From NCBI GenBank assembly GCA_044228045.1, contig JBGAVQ010000001.1:32792-96791 (forward strand): a stretch of DNA of 64,000 nt. The letters run 5' to 3'. The notes under the pieces were generated by a model. That model worked only from the letters and a program-made list of their open reading frames with translations. It was not told the DNA's origin and did not search any database. Below, in pieces: positions 29,925 to 38,936 of this stretch. The translations under genes were made by a program, and so were the position numbers. How positions within the stretch are numbered: position 1 is the stretch's first letter; the number at the start of each line of letters is the position of its first letter. This DNA is from Spirosomataceae bacterium. Its GTDB lineage: Bacteria > Bacteroidota > Bacteroidia > Cytophagales > Spirosomataceae.

Positions 29925-30234
29925 TCAATAACTTGCGGCTATGCAGCCTACCTACGAAGTTAAGTATAAAAAAGAATTCTCTAAAAACTTGCGATAATCC
30001 AACATGAATGCGATTCTTTGTAGCGAGTAATGCCATATCTAAGCAGCCAGAAAAACACTTTCTCAACCAATTTGCTTACATTTTTAGTATGTTTGCGCTA
30101 TCTGATTGATTATAATCATAAAGATATGTATTTGGGTGAGAAAGTTATTTCTTCACACAAAGCAATATCATTCATTACCGCTTATCAAAAACTAAACATT
30201 CCGACAAAAACATTCATAGCGGAATATTGAAAAT

Positions 30235-31482
30235 ATGGACTTCCCTACCTTCGACAACATCCTCCAAGCAGCCGAGCGCATTCGTAAGGTGGTCAAACAC
30301 ACCGACTTAGAGCAGAACCTTAATTTCTCCGAACGCTATCAGGCCAATATTTACTTCAAGCGTGAAGATTTGCAGGTGGTACGCTCGTATAAGATTAGGG
30401 GGGCCTACAACAAAATGGCGAGCCTATCGGCGGAGTCAATGAACAAGGGCGTTGTGTGTGCCAGCGCAGGTAACCACGCTCAGGGCGTTGCGTATGCCTG
30501 TAAGCATCTCGGTGTAAAAGGCACTATTTTTATGCCCAGCACCACACCAGCCCAAAAAGTAAAACAGGTCAAGCTATTCGGCAAAGAGCAAATAGAAGTA
30601 GTGCTGATTGGAGACACCTTCGACGACGCTTACGCCGCCGCTCGTACTTTCTGCAACGAGCATGAGGCCGTATTTATTCATCCCTTCGACGACGTGCAAG
30701 TAATGGAAGGGCAAGGTACAGTAGGCCTCGAAATCTTTCGAGATGCCGACTTCAAGATAGACTACTTGCTCTTTGCGATTGGAGGCGGGGGTTTGGCTTC
30801 GGGGGTTTCTACGGTGTTTAAGCAACTTAGCCCTAATACCAAACTCATTGGTGTAGAGCCAGTTGGCTCACCTACCATGCATAAGGCGTTTGAAGAAGGC
30901 AAGGTAGTAACGCTTTCAGAGATTGATAAATTTGTGGATGGGGCTGCTGTAAAACGGGCGGGCGAAACAACCTTTGAGGTATGTCGCAAAAATTTAGACG
31001 ATATTTTGCTCATTCCCGAAGGCAAGGTTTGCTCTGCTATCTTGCAACTTTACAACGAAGAAGCCATCGTAGCCGAACCAGCAGGAGCACTGACCATAGC
31101 CGCCCTCGACCAGATCAAAGACGAAATCAAAGGGAAAGACGTGGTGTTGCTTATTGGTGGTGGCAACAACGACATCACCCGTACCGAAGAAATAAAGGAA
31201 CGTTCCCTCATTTACGAAGGGCTCAAACATTATTTTATCATTCGTTTTCCACAACGGGCTGGGGCTTTTCGGGATTTTCTGAATCATGTGTTGGGTGCTA
31301 CCGACGACATTGCCTATTTTGAATATTCTAAAAAAACAGCTCGTGAGCGAGGCCCTGCCTTGGTGGGGATCGAACTCAAAAGTAAAGACGATTTCCAGCC
31401 ACTACTCGACCGCATGGCGCAGTACAACATTCAGTACCAATACATCAACGACAAACCTGATTTGTTTGAATTTTTGATTTAA
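30235..31482 (+). CDS. ilvA: threonine ammonia-lyase (biosynthetic threonine dehydratase, short form)
   Basis: 415 aa with the PLP-lysine motif SYKIRGAYN, a GGGGL loop and a single C-terminal ACT-like regulatory domain. Confidence 0.93.
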   Translation: MDFPTFDNILQAAERIRKVVKHTDLEQNLNFSERYQANIYFKREDLQVVRSYKIRGAYNKMASLSAESMNKGVVCASAGNHAQGVAYACKHLGVKGTIFMPSTTPAQKVKQVKLFGKEQIEVVLIGDTFDDAYAAARTFCNEHEAVFIHPFDDVQVMEGQGTVGLEIFRDADFKIDYLLFAIGGGGLASGVSTVFKQLSPNTKLIGVEPVGSPTMHKAFEEGKVVTLSEIDKFVDGAAVKRAGETTFEVCRKNLDDILLIPEGKVCSAILQLYNEEAIVAEPAGALTIAALDQIKDEIKGKDVVLLIGGGNNDITRTEEIKERSLIYEGLKHYFIIRFPQRAGAFRDFLNHVLGATDDIAYFEYSKKTARERGPALVGIELKSKDDFQPLLDRMAQYNIQYQYINDKPDLFEFLI

Positions 31483-31492
31483 TCTCTAAGCC

Positions 31493-31714
31493 ATGAGCGA
31501 AAAAGAATACCAAGAAATACGTGAACAAATTTTCTTTTTGAAACAAATTCTTGACTTCCATAATCAACAAGTTGAGCAGGGTAGATTTCTGTACGGCATG
31601 ACCAAAGAAGAATCGCTGGAGTATCGTTTGGATGCGATGGAAGAAATTGCTAACTTAGAGAGAAAACTTCGTAAAAACGAACAAGAAGATGGATTTTCTA
31701 AACCTAATTCGTGA
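31493..31714 (+). CDS. hypothetical small helical protein
   Basis: 73 aa. It starts 10 nt after the ilvA stop and is predicted coiled/helical. No family recognised. Confidence 0.45.
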   Translation: MSEKEYQEIREQIFFLKQILDFHNQQVEQGRFLYGMTKEESLEYRLDAMEEIANLERKLRKNEQEDGFSKPNS

Positions 31715-31901
31715 GCAAGCAGTAGGATATACTGCCCTTATTACCCCAGAGGAAAAACAGGCTTTTTTGCAAACTCAATTAGAAGCCTTAGCTAATTTTG
31801 CGCCCGATGAGCAATTAGCTCATTTGAAAGCAATAAAAACATACGCTGCTGAACTAAGTAATAAAATTCAACAAGAAAAAACGACTACCCTTGTCGCTTA
31901 A
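31689..31901 (+). CDS. hypothetical small protein
   Basis: 70 aa. It overlaps the previous ORF by 26 nt. Confidence 0.4.
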   Translation: MDFLNLIREQAVGYTALITPEEKQAFLQTQLEALANFAPDEQLAHLKAIKTYAAELSNKIQQEKTTTLVA

Positions 31902-31915
31902 TCTTTGTATTATCC

Positions 31916-32152
31916 ATGCCTCAATTCGATTTCAGACGATACCACATTCGCTCTATCAACGCCCACGATGCCGCCGAGCGTGCCGCCATTAACCAAGAGC
32001 TGAAAGACCTTTACGCTTCGCTCTCGGCAGAAGACAAAGCGGACTTTAATGAACAATTGCAAACTTTTATGATTCAACAGTACAAAACTATTGGCTCTGA
32101 GTATCAGGCCATTAAAGATAGCGGTGCATTGGATAATACGATTGAAAATTAA
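31916..32152 (+). CDS. hypothetical small protein
   Basis: 78 aa. It ends 12 nt upstream of folA. Confidence 0.45.
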   Translation: MPQFDFRRYHIRSINAHDAAERAAINQELKDLYASLSAEDKADFNEQLQTFMIQQYKTIGSEYQAIKDSGALDNTIEN

Positions 32153-32164
32153 CCAGTTGCACCC

Positions 32165-32689
32165 ATGACAAATGAGGTTGCCATTATTGTAGCAGTGGCT
32201 CAAAACGGCGTTATTGGTGGCAATAACCAGTTACTTTGGCATTTGCCGGCTGACATGAAGCATTTTAAAACCATCACCACGGGACATACCGTCGTGATGG
32301 GACGCAAAACTTATGAATCTATTGGCAGACCGTTGCCTAACAGGGTTAATGTCGTTATTTCGAGGAATCCAGATTTTAAAGTAGAAGGATGCACGGTTGT
32401 AGCTTCATTGGAAGAAGCTATTACTCCCCAATCACTCAATACCCACCACTCGATTCTCACCCGTCACACTACTATATTTATTATAGGTGGTGCCGAAATT
32501 TACCGTCAAGCGTTGCCTTTTACAGATAAGATTTACCTCACCGAAGTAAAGGCTTCATTTGAAGGAGACACCTATTTTCCTATATTGAACCCCGAGGAGT
32601 GGCAAGAAATCGCAAGAAACCCTCACACCGCCGACGAAAAAAACCTATATGACTACGATTTTGTTGAGATAGTGAGAGTTCGGCGTTAA
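32165..32689 (+). CDS. folA: dihydrofolate reductase
   Basis: 174 aa with IVAVAQNGVIGGNNQLLWHLPADMKHFK..T.GHTVVMGRKTYESIG and IIGGAEIY. Confidence 0.93.
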   Translation: MTNEVAIIVAVAQNGVIGGNNQLLWHLPADMKHFKTITTGHTVVMGRKTYESIGRPLPNRVNVVISRNPDFKVEGCTVVASLEEAITPQSLNTHHSILTRHTTIFIIGGAEIYRQALPFTDKIYLTEVKASFEGDTYFPILNPEEWQEIARNPHTADEKNLYDYDFVEIVRVRR

Positions 32690-32769
32690 TAGAGTGTAAA
32701 TTTATAGCCCCTATATCCCCGGAGGGGACATTAAAAACGCTCCCTTAGGGGTTGGGGGCTTATAAAACT

Positions 32770-35700
32770 ATGGCATCTCTCTCAGAAGTTAGCATCAAAC
32801 GGCCCGTATTAGCCATTGTGATGTCGCTCGTTATCATCCTGTTTGGATGGATTGGTTTTACTTCGTTGGGCATACGAGAGTATCCAAGCGTGGATCCTCC
32901 TGTTATTTCGGTATTTACTTCGTATCCGGGTGCCAATGCCGAAATCATCGAAACGCAAATCACGGAGCCACTCGAAGAATCCATTAACGGGATTGCGGGT
33001 ATCCGAACCCTGTCTTCGTCGAGTAGAGATGGACGAAGTTCTATCACAGTAGAATTTACACTCGAAACCGACCTTGAAGCTGCCGCCAACGATGTGCGAG
33101 ACCGTGTTTCTCGTTCGTTGGGTAACCTGCCTCGTGACATTGACCCACCCATTGTGAGCAAAGCCGATGCCGATTCGGAACCTATTTATTTTATCAATAT
33201 TAAGAGTAAGACTCGCCCAATTTTGAGTTTGAACGATATTGTGCAGCGGTCTATTCGAGAAAAACTCCAAACTGTACCGGGGGTGAGTAGTGTACAAATG
33301 TGGGGCGAAAAAAAATATGCCATGCGCCTGCGCATAGACCCCGCAAAAATGGCTGCTTACAAACTCACAGCAGTAGATATTGTAAATGCGCTAAATCGCC
33401 AGAATGTAGAACTTCCTTCGGGGAGTATTGAAGGGCTTAAAATGGAGCTATCAGTACGAACAGAAGGACGACTCACCACCGTAGATGATTTTAACAACAT
33501 GGTGTTGAAGGAGGAATCTGACCGAGTAGTGAAGTTTAATGATGTAGGCTTTGCCGAATTGTCTGCCGAAAATGAGAAAACTTTAATGCGGCGAGAAGGC
33601 GTGCCAATGGTAGCCGTGGCCGTGATTCCGCAGCCAGGGTCTAACCAAATAGATATCATCAATAATATCTACAAAAAAATGGACCAAATTAAGCGGGATT
33701 TACCCGCAGATATGGTCATCGAATTAGGCTTTGATTATACACAGTATGTGCGGGCCTCCATCAAGGAAGTAGAAGAAACCATCCTCATTGCCTTTGTGTT
33801 GGTAGCACTCATTATCTTCGTTTTTTTACGAGACTGGCGCAGTACGATTATTCCGCTTACGGCTATTCCAACTTCATTGATTGGGGCGTTTTTTATCATG
33901 TATGTCATGGGCTTTTCCATCAATGTACTCACGCTGTTAGGCATTGTTTTGGCAATTGGCTTGGTGGTAGATGATGCCATTGTGGTACTCGAAAACATTT
34001 ATTCAAAAATTGAGGAGGGGATGTCGCCAATGGAGGCAGCCCGAGAAGGCTCGCAAGAGATTTATTTTGCGGTTATTTCTACTACTGTTACGTTGGCATC
34101 TGTGTTTTTGCCTGTAATGTTTATGGAAGGGCTTACGGGCAAACTATTTCGAGAGTTTGGTATTGTGGTAGCAGGGTCAGTTATCATTTCGGCTTTTGTG
34201 TCGCTTACGCTTACGCCTATGCTAAGTTCAAGATTACTCAAACGCCGGCAACCGTGGTTATATCGAGTGACTGAACCATTTTTTAAATGGCTTACAGAAG
34301 CCTATCAAAACTCGCTGGCTGGTTTTATGCAAATTCGGTGGTTGGCATGGGTATTGATTTTGGGTTTTGTCGGCATCATTTATTATTTCATGAAAAACGA
34401 CATAATCCCTTCTGAACTCGCCCCATTAGAAGATCGCAACGCCATTCGTATCACCACAACGGCTCAAGAAGGGGCTACCTATGAGTATATGGATGCTTAT
34501 ATTGACTCACTTTACAAAACAGTAGCAAGTGCGGTAGATACTACGATTCAAAGAGGTCTTATCACTATGGTTTCGCCCAGTTTTGGATCGGGTGCACAAA
34601 ACTCTGGATTTGTTAGGGTATTGCTCAAAGATGCTGACAAACGTACTGTAACCCAACAACAAGTAGTAGATACACTTACCAAGCGTATAAAGAAACTAAC
34701 GGGAGCCAAAACCTTTGTGGTACAAGACCCTACCATTGGACAACGACGAGGCAACACCTTTCCTGTTCAGTTTGTGATTCAGGCCACCAGTTACGAAAAA
34801 CTCAAAATGGCTATTCCTAAAATGCTGAAAGCCGTTGGTGAAAGTGACAAGTTTCAGATGTCAGATGTGAACCTGAAATTTACCAAACCTGAACTTCGAC
34901 TCGAAATAGACCGTGATAAAGCTACCAATTTGGGAGTTTCTATTCAGGATATTGCCCAAACACTTCAACTGGGGCTGTCGGGTCGGCGGTTTGGATATTT
35001 TATCATGGATGGAAAGCAGTACCAAATTATTGGCCAGATTGACCGCACCGACCGTGACGATGTGCTGGACTTAAAGTCGCTGTATGTCCGTAACAACCGA
35101 GGTGAGCTTATTCAGATGGACAACGTAATTAAGCTCACCGAACAAAGCACACCGCCAACTTTGTTCCGGTTTAACAGGTATGTAGCCGCCACAATTTCGG
35201 CAGGTTTGGCAAAGGGAGTTACACTTGGTGAAGGTATCAAAGAAATGCGCCGCCTTGCTAAAGAAAACTTAGATGAAAGTTTTGCCACAGCCCTCGATGG
35301 GCAATCTCGTGAATTTGAAGATAGTTCGTCGAGTTTAATATTTGCCTTTGGATTAGCTTTGGTGCTGATTTACCTCATTTTGGCGGCGCAGTTTGAAAGC
35401 TTTGTTGACCCTCTCATTATCTTACTTACCGTACCTTTAGCGGTTTGTGGTGCTCTGCTCTCATTATGGGATTTCAGCCAAACCCTCAACGTATTCTCTC
35501 AAATTGGTATCATAGTGCTGATTGGTCTGGTTACGAAAAACGGAATTTTGATTGTAGAATTTGCAAACCAACGTAAAGAAGCTGGTAGCGACAAACTTAA
35601 AGCTGTGCAAGAAGCAGCATCAGCTCGTTTTCGTCCTATCTTAATGACATCACTTTGTACTATTTTGGGTATTTTGCCTATTGCTCTTGCGCTGGGTGCT

Positions 35701-35865
35701 GGCTCCGAAAGCCGAGTTTCTATGGGCATTGCTGTAGTAGGAGGGATGTTATTCTCTACTGTACTTACACTCTACATCATTCCTGCAGTGTATAGTTATA
35801 TGTCTCGTAATATTACACACACACCCGATGAACCCGTTGTTGAGTTAGAAGAAGCAACGGCATAA
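32770..35865 (+). CDS. efflux RND transporter permease subunit (AcrB/HAE1-like)
   Basis: Probable start at MASLSEVSIKRPVLAIVMSL. About 1031 aa with 12-TM RND topology and conserved VVDDAIVVLENI and GLVTKNGILIVEFAN motifs. No adaptor or outer membrane factor gene is adjacent. Confidence 0.93.
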   Translation: MASLSEVSIKRPVLAIVMSLVIILFGWIGFTSLGIREYPSVDPPVISVFTSYPGANAEIIETQITEPLEESINGIAGIRTLSSSSRDGRSSITVEFTLETDLEAAANDVRDRVSRSLGNLPRDIDPPIVSKADADSEPIYFINIKSKTRPILSLNDIVQRSIREKLQTVPGVSSVQMWGEKKYAMRLRIDPAKMAAYKLTAVDIVNALNRQNVELPSGSIEGLKMELSVRTEGRLTTVDDFNNMVLKEESDRVVKFNDVGFAELSAENEKTLMRREGVPMVAVAVIPQPGSNQIDIINNIYKKMDQIKRDLPADMVIELGFDYTQYVRASIKEVEETILIAFVLVALIIFVFLRDWRSTIIPLTAIPTSLIGAFFIMYVMGFSINVLTLLGIVLAIGLVVDDAIVVLENIYSKIEEGMSPMEAAREGSQEIYFAVISTTVTLASVFLPVMFMEGLTGKLFREFGIVVAGSVIISAFVSLTLTPMLSSRLLKRRQPWLYRVTEPFFKWLTEAYQNSLAGFMQIRWLAWVLILGFVGIIYYFMKNDIIPSELAPLEDRNAIRITTTAQEGATYEYMDAYIDSLYKTVASAVDTTIQRGLITMVSPSFGSGAQNSGFVRVLLKDADKRTVTQQQVVDTLTKRIKKLTGAKTFVVQDPTIGQRRGNTFPVQFVIQATSYEKLKMAIPKMLKAVGESDKFQMSDVNLKFTKPELRLEIDRDKATNLGVSIQDIAQTLQLGLSGRRFGYFIMDGKQYQIIGQIDRTDRDDVLDLKSLYVRNNRGELIQMDNVIKLTEQSTPPTLFRFNRYVAATISAGLAKGVTLGEGIKEMRRLAKENLDESFATALDGQSREFEDSSSSLIFAFGLALVLIYLILAAQFESFVDPLIILLTVPLAVCGALLSLWDFSQTLNVFSQIGIIVLIGLVTKNGILIVEFANQRKEAGSDKLKAVQEAASARFRPILMTSLCTILGILPIALALGAGSESRVSMGIAVVGGMLFSTVLTLYIIPAVYSYMSRNITHTPDEPVVELEEATA

Positions 35866-35893
35866 GGCTGTTTTTACGTTAATTATCATTCAA

Positions 35894-35925
35894 AAAACGG
35901 GGTAGCCAACTATCCCGTTTTTTTC
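35894..35925 (+). terminator. intrinsic terminator after the RND permease gene
   Basis: AACGGG-loop-CCCGTT followed by TTTTTT. Confidence 0.65.
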
Positions 35926-35983
35926 GTTGTTTTAATACGTGATAAACAATACTTTTGCTGTTAATCTATACCCAATTACCTCT

Positions 35984-37132
35984 ATGCTTCGTCAACTTAC
36001 ACGTGTTCAGGCATTGCTGCTCTGCTTGTTAGCCAGTGTATTTTATCAATGTCAAAAAGCACAGATTCCTACCAAATCGGTGGCTATTGATTCTACTTTG
36101 GTACAGGCTTCTATCACAAAAGAAGGTCTGCTCGACTGTTTTGAAGAAGGGCTGGCCGTTCAGGGTGGCATACCCATCTGGTGCGAAGCCTCCGCTGTGG
36201 TTTACGATGGTTACCGCCTCACCATTGCCAATGATAAAACCATGCCCGACATCCGCTCGTCGGTGTTTTATTGGTTTGGCTGGGACGACTTCCAAAATGC
36301 CAAACCTACTCGCTATCGCTTAGAACCAGCCGTGAAAAATGCCTCTAAATTTGAAGACTTTGCCCTCTCACCTGACAAGAATATGGTTTTTTTGTCCACA
36401 GCGTTTGATCGTGTAAAAGACGAAAATACAGAATGGGATAATTATAATAGTATTATTTATTGGCAAAAAGACCGACCCTATTTGTCACGGGTATTATCTA
36501 TTGAAGAAAAAGCCACTACTTCTGTTAAGCTAAGAGAAATGTTTATTTCAACACTCTCCAAAAACAACCCTGATTATCCCAACGGCATTAAGTATTTCAA
36601 AACCGAAGGGCTGGCTGCTACCGAAACTCACTTGTTTTTTGGAATCAGAGAAATAGGTAACCAATACAATGATTTTAAGTATGTTTCCAAGATTCTTTCG
36701 TTACCCTACCGCACCTGGCGAGATACAGACTCTACACGTGCTGCCGGCATTACAGGTTATTTTGAAACTATTGCCGATTTAAATCTCCAGTCTTTGGTAG
36801 ATTTTACTTTACCAGCCAACATGGGTCTGTCGAGTATTGAATACGACGCTACCCGTAAGCTTTTTTGGATTTTGACCTCTTATGAAGCTCCCACCCAGCT
36901 GGGAGCCTATTTGTGGATAGCTACCGAGGCCGAACTCCGCAACAACAAAATGCGAATAGTACGAGATGCCGACAACAAACCTTTGTTTTTTAATCATAAA
37001 GCCGAAGACCTCACCTTCATTACACCCAACACAATGTTGATAGTACACGATGACGACCGTATGCAACTAATGGTCAACGGCGTACAGCGCAAGCCGCATC
37101 AAGCACCTTATACGATAGTGACCATTAAATAG
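35984..37132 (+). CDS. hypothetical secreted protein or lipoprotein
   Basis: Probable start at MLRQLTRVQALLLCLLASVFYQC (signal or lipobox-like). No family recognised. Confidence 0.55.
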   Translation: MLRQLTRVQALLLCLLASVFYQCQKAQIPTKSVAIDSTLVQASITKEGLLDCFEEGLAVQGGIPIWCEASAVVYDGYRLTIANDKTMPDIRSSVFYWFGWDDFQNAKPTRYRLEPAVKNASKFEDFALSPDKNMVFLSTAFDRVKDENTEWDNYNSIIYWQKDRPYLSRVLSIEEKATTSVKLREMFISTLSKNNPDYPNGIKYFKTEGLAATETHLFFGIREIGNQYNDFKYVSKILSLPYRTWRDTDSTRAAGITGYFETIADLNLQSLVDFTLPANMGLSSIEYDATRKLFWILTSYEAPTQLGAYLWIATEAELRNNKMRIVRDADNKPLFFNHKAEDLTFITPNTMLIVHDDDRMQLMVNGVQRKPHQAPYTIVTIK

Positions 37133-37140
37133 AAATCTGC

Positions 37141-38250
37141 TTATTTGAAAGTATAAACTGCTGAGGTAGGATAATGGTCAGAAAACTTGACAAGATGAGT
37201 TTCAAACTTGCTTACAGATAGACTTTTAGGGTCGTAGAATTGGTTATCAATTCGTATCAATCCAGGCGAACGATTATAAGTGAATCCAAAGCCGTTTCCG
37301 GCATCTTCAAAGGCATTGTTCAGGTATTTTTTCATAGAACCGTACACATATCCATACGGAACTTCATTGAAGTCACCGCAAATAATAACGGGATGCGGAC
37401 TTTCTTCAATCAATTTTTCTAACTGCTTTGTTTCTTCAATTCGGTGCTTAAAACCATATTTGAGCAAAGCCAATATCCCTTTTGTTTCACGTTTGGCATG
37501 CTCATAATCTGCCTGGCTAAGTATGCGGCGCACCCTAATCCCCATAGATTGCAGGTGTACATTTAGCAGCCGAATGGTATCACCAGGAGTCACCACATCG
37601 GCAACCAAACAGCCATTAGCCATGTTTGAAAACAAAAACTCTCGCCTAAAAATCAACGGATAGCGGGAAGTTATCGCCAAACCAACAAAACCTTCACTTT
37701 CTTTTTTATAGGGCGGGCGGTTTTGAGCAAATATCTTATATTTATAACCTGCTTGTTGTAATTGGGCTACTGTATTGAAATCTTTAAAACGCTTTTGTCC
37801 CTCCCAATTATAAAACTCCTGAAAGCAAATTATATCTGAGCCAAATGTACGTATCCATTTAATCATGGCCTTTGCGTTGGCTGAGGTTTTTACATCGTCC
37901 GAAACAGCATCAATATCAAAAAACATCACATTGTAACTCAGCACTTTCAGCGATTTTGAAACAACAACCTCTTCATTGGTATGCCAAGCAAAGGTTCTCC
38001 TCAAAAATGGATAACCCAATACCAACACCACTAAGGGAAAAATAGCTCGTTTCGGTTTACGAAATAGTAATCTAATAGCAACTGCCCCACAAGCCACCAT
38101 GGCCACAGGCAATAAGAGCAATATAAAGCCAACCAGCCAATGGCTTATCCACAGCGAATACCCCAAAAAATACGCCACCAGCGTGTAAATACACACCAAC
38201 GTAGTGAATATGCGGGAAACCCACGAAAAAAAAAGACGTAAAAAAGGCAT
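37141..38250 (-). CDS. endonuclease/exonuclease/phosphatase (EEP) family protein, membrane anchored
   Basis: 369 aa with N-terminal TM helices and EEP motifs (SYNV, CFQEF, NVHLQS, GDFNE, SDHYP). Confidence 0.8.
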   Translation of the reverse strand: MPFLRLFFSWVSRIFTTLVCIYTLVAYFLGYSLWISHWLVGFILLLLPVAMVACGAVAIRLLFRKPKRAIFPLVVLVLGYPFLRRTFAWHTNEEVVVSKSLKVLSYNVMFFDIDAVSDDVKTSANAKAMIKWIRTFGSDIICFQEFYNWEGQKRFKDFNTVAQLQQAGYKYKIFAQNRPPYKKESEGFVGLAITSRYPLIFRREFLFSNMANGCLVADVVTPGDTIRLLNVHLQSMGIRVRRILSQADYEHAKRETKGILALLKYGFKHRIEETKQLEKLIEESPHPVIICGDFNEVPYGYVYGSMKKYLNNAFEDAGNGFGFTYNRSPGLIRIDNQFYDPKSLSVSKFETHLVKFSDHYPTSAVYTFK

Positions 38251-38286
38251 TTATGCCAATATGTTGATATGTTTTAAAAAAAATAT

Positions 38287-38294
38287 TACCTTTG
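38287..38294 (+). promoter_or_regulatory. candidate -7 box TACCTTTG for rimP-nusA-infB
   Basis: Match to TAnnTTTG, 56 nt upstream of the rimP ATG. Confidence 0.4.
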
Positions 38295-38349
38295 CAGTGG
38301 TTTTCAAGTTGAAAGAGGGGGTCAAGACCTCCTTTTTTGTTGTTGGCAG

Positions 38350-38826
38350 ATGAACATAAAGGCAAAGATAGAAGAAATCCTGTGCGAGTTACAAAACGAA
38401 GGCGAGAACTTCTTTGTAGTGGACGTGCTGGCTTCGGCATCGAAGATTAAAACAAAGGTTAGCATCTTGCTTGATACCGATGCAGGTATTTCAATTGATG
38501 AGTGCGCCGAAATTAGCCGAAAAGTAGATAGCCGATTAGATGAACTAAATCTGCTCGAAAATGCTTATACTCTTGAAGTATCTTCGCCAGGAGTAGATCA
38601 GCCGCTTAAACTGAATCGTCAGTACATCAAAAATATTGGAAGAAACGTAAAGGTTTTGCTTAAAGATGGCACCGAAAAGACAGGAAAATTAGAAGCCGTT
38701 AGCGATACTGCCATTACCCTAAGCGTTTTGACCAACACCAAGAAAAAACAAACAACACCAGCCGAACCGCTTGTGCTTGTTTTTGACAATATAAACAAAA
38801 CCCAAGTATTAATTTCTTTTAAGTAG
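38350..38826 (+). CDS. rimP: ribosome maturation factor RimP
   Basis: 158 aa. The YTLEVSSPGVDQPL motif is present, and it sits upstream of nusA. Confidence 0.9.
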   Translation: MNIKAKIEEILCELQNEGENFFVVDVLASASKIKTKVSILLDTDAGISIDECAEISRKVDSRLDELNLLENAYTLEVSSPGVDQPLKLNRQYIKNIGRNVKVLLKDGTEKTGKLEAVSDTAITLSVLTNTKKKQTTPAEPLVLVFDNINKTQVLISFK

Positions 38827-38936
38827 GTACGCCCACCATTCGCTGGGGCTATGTGCATAACCTACTTGTTCGTAGCAATACGAAAAAAAGAAACGGATAA
38901 CTGTGGCTTGCCACTTAAATAAGGATTATCTAAACA

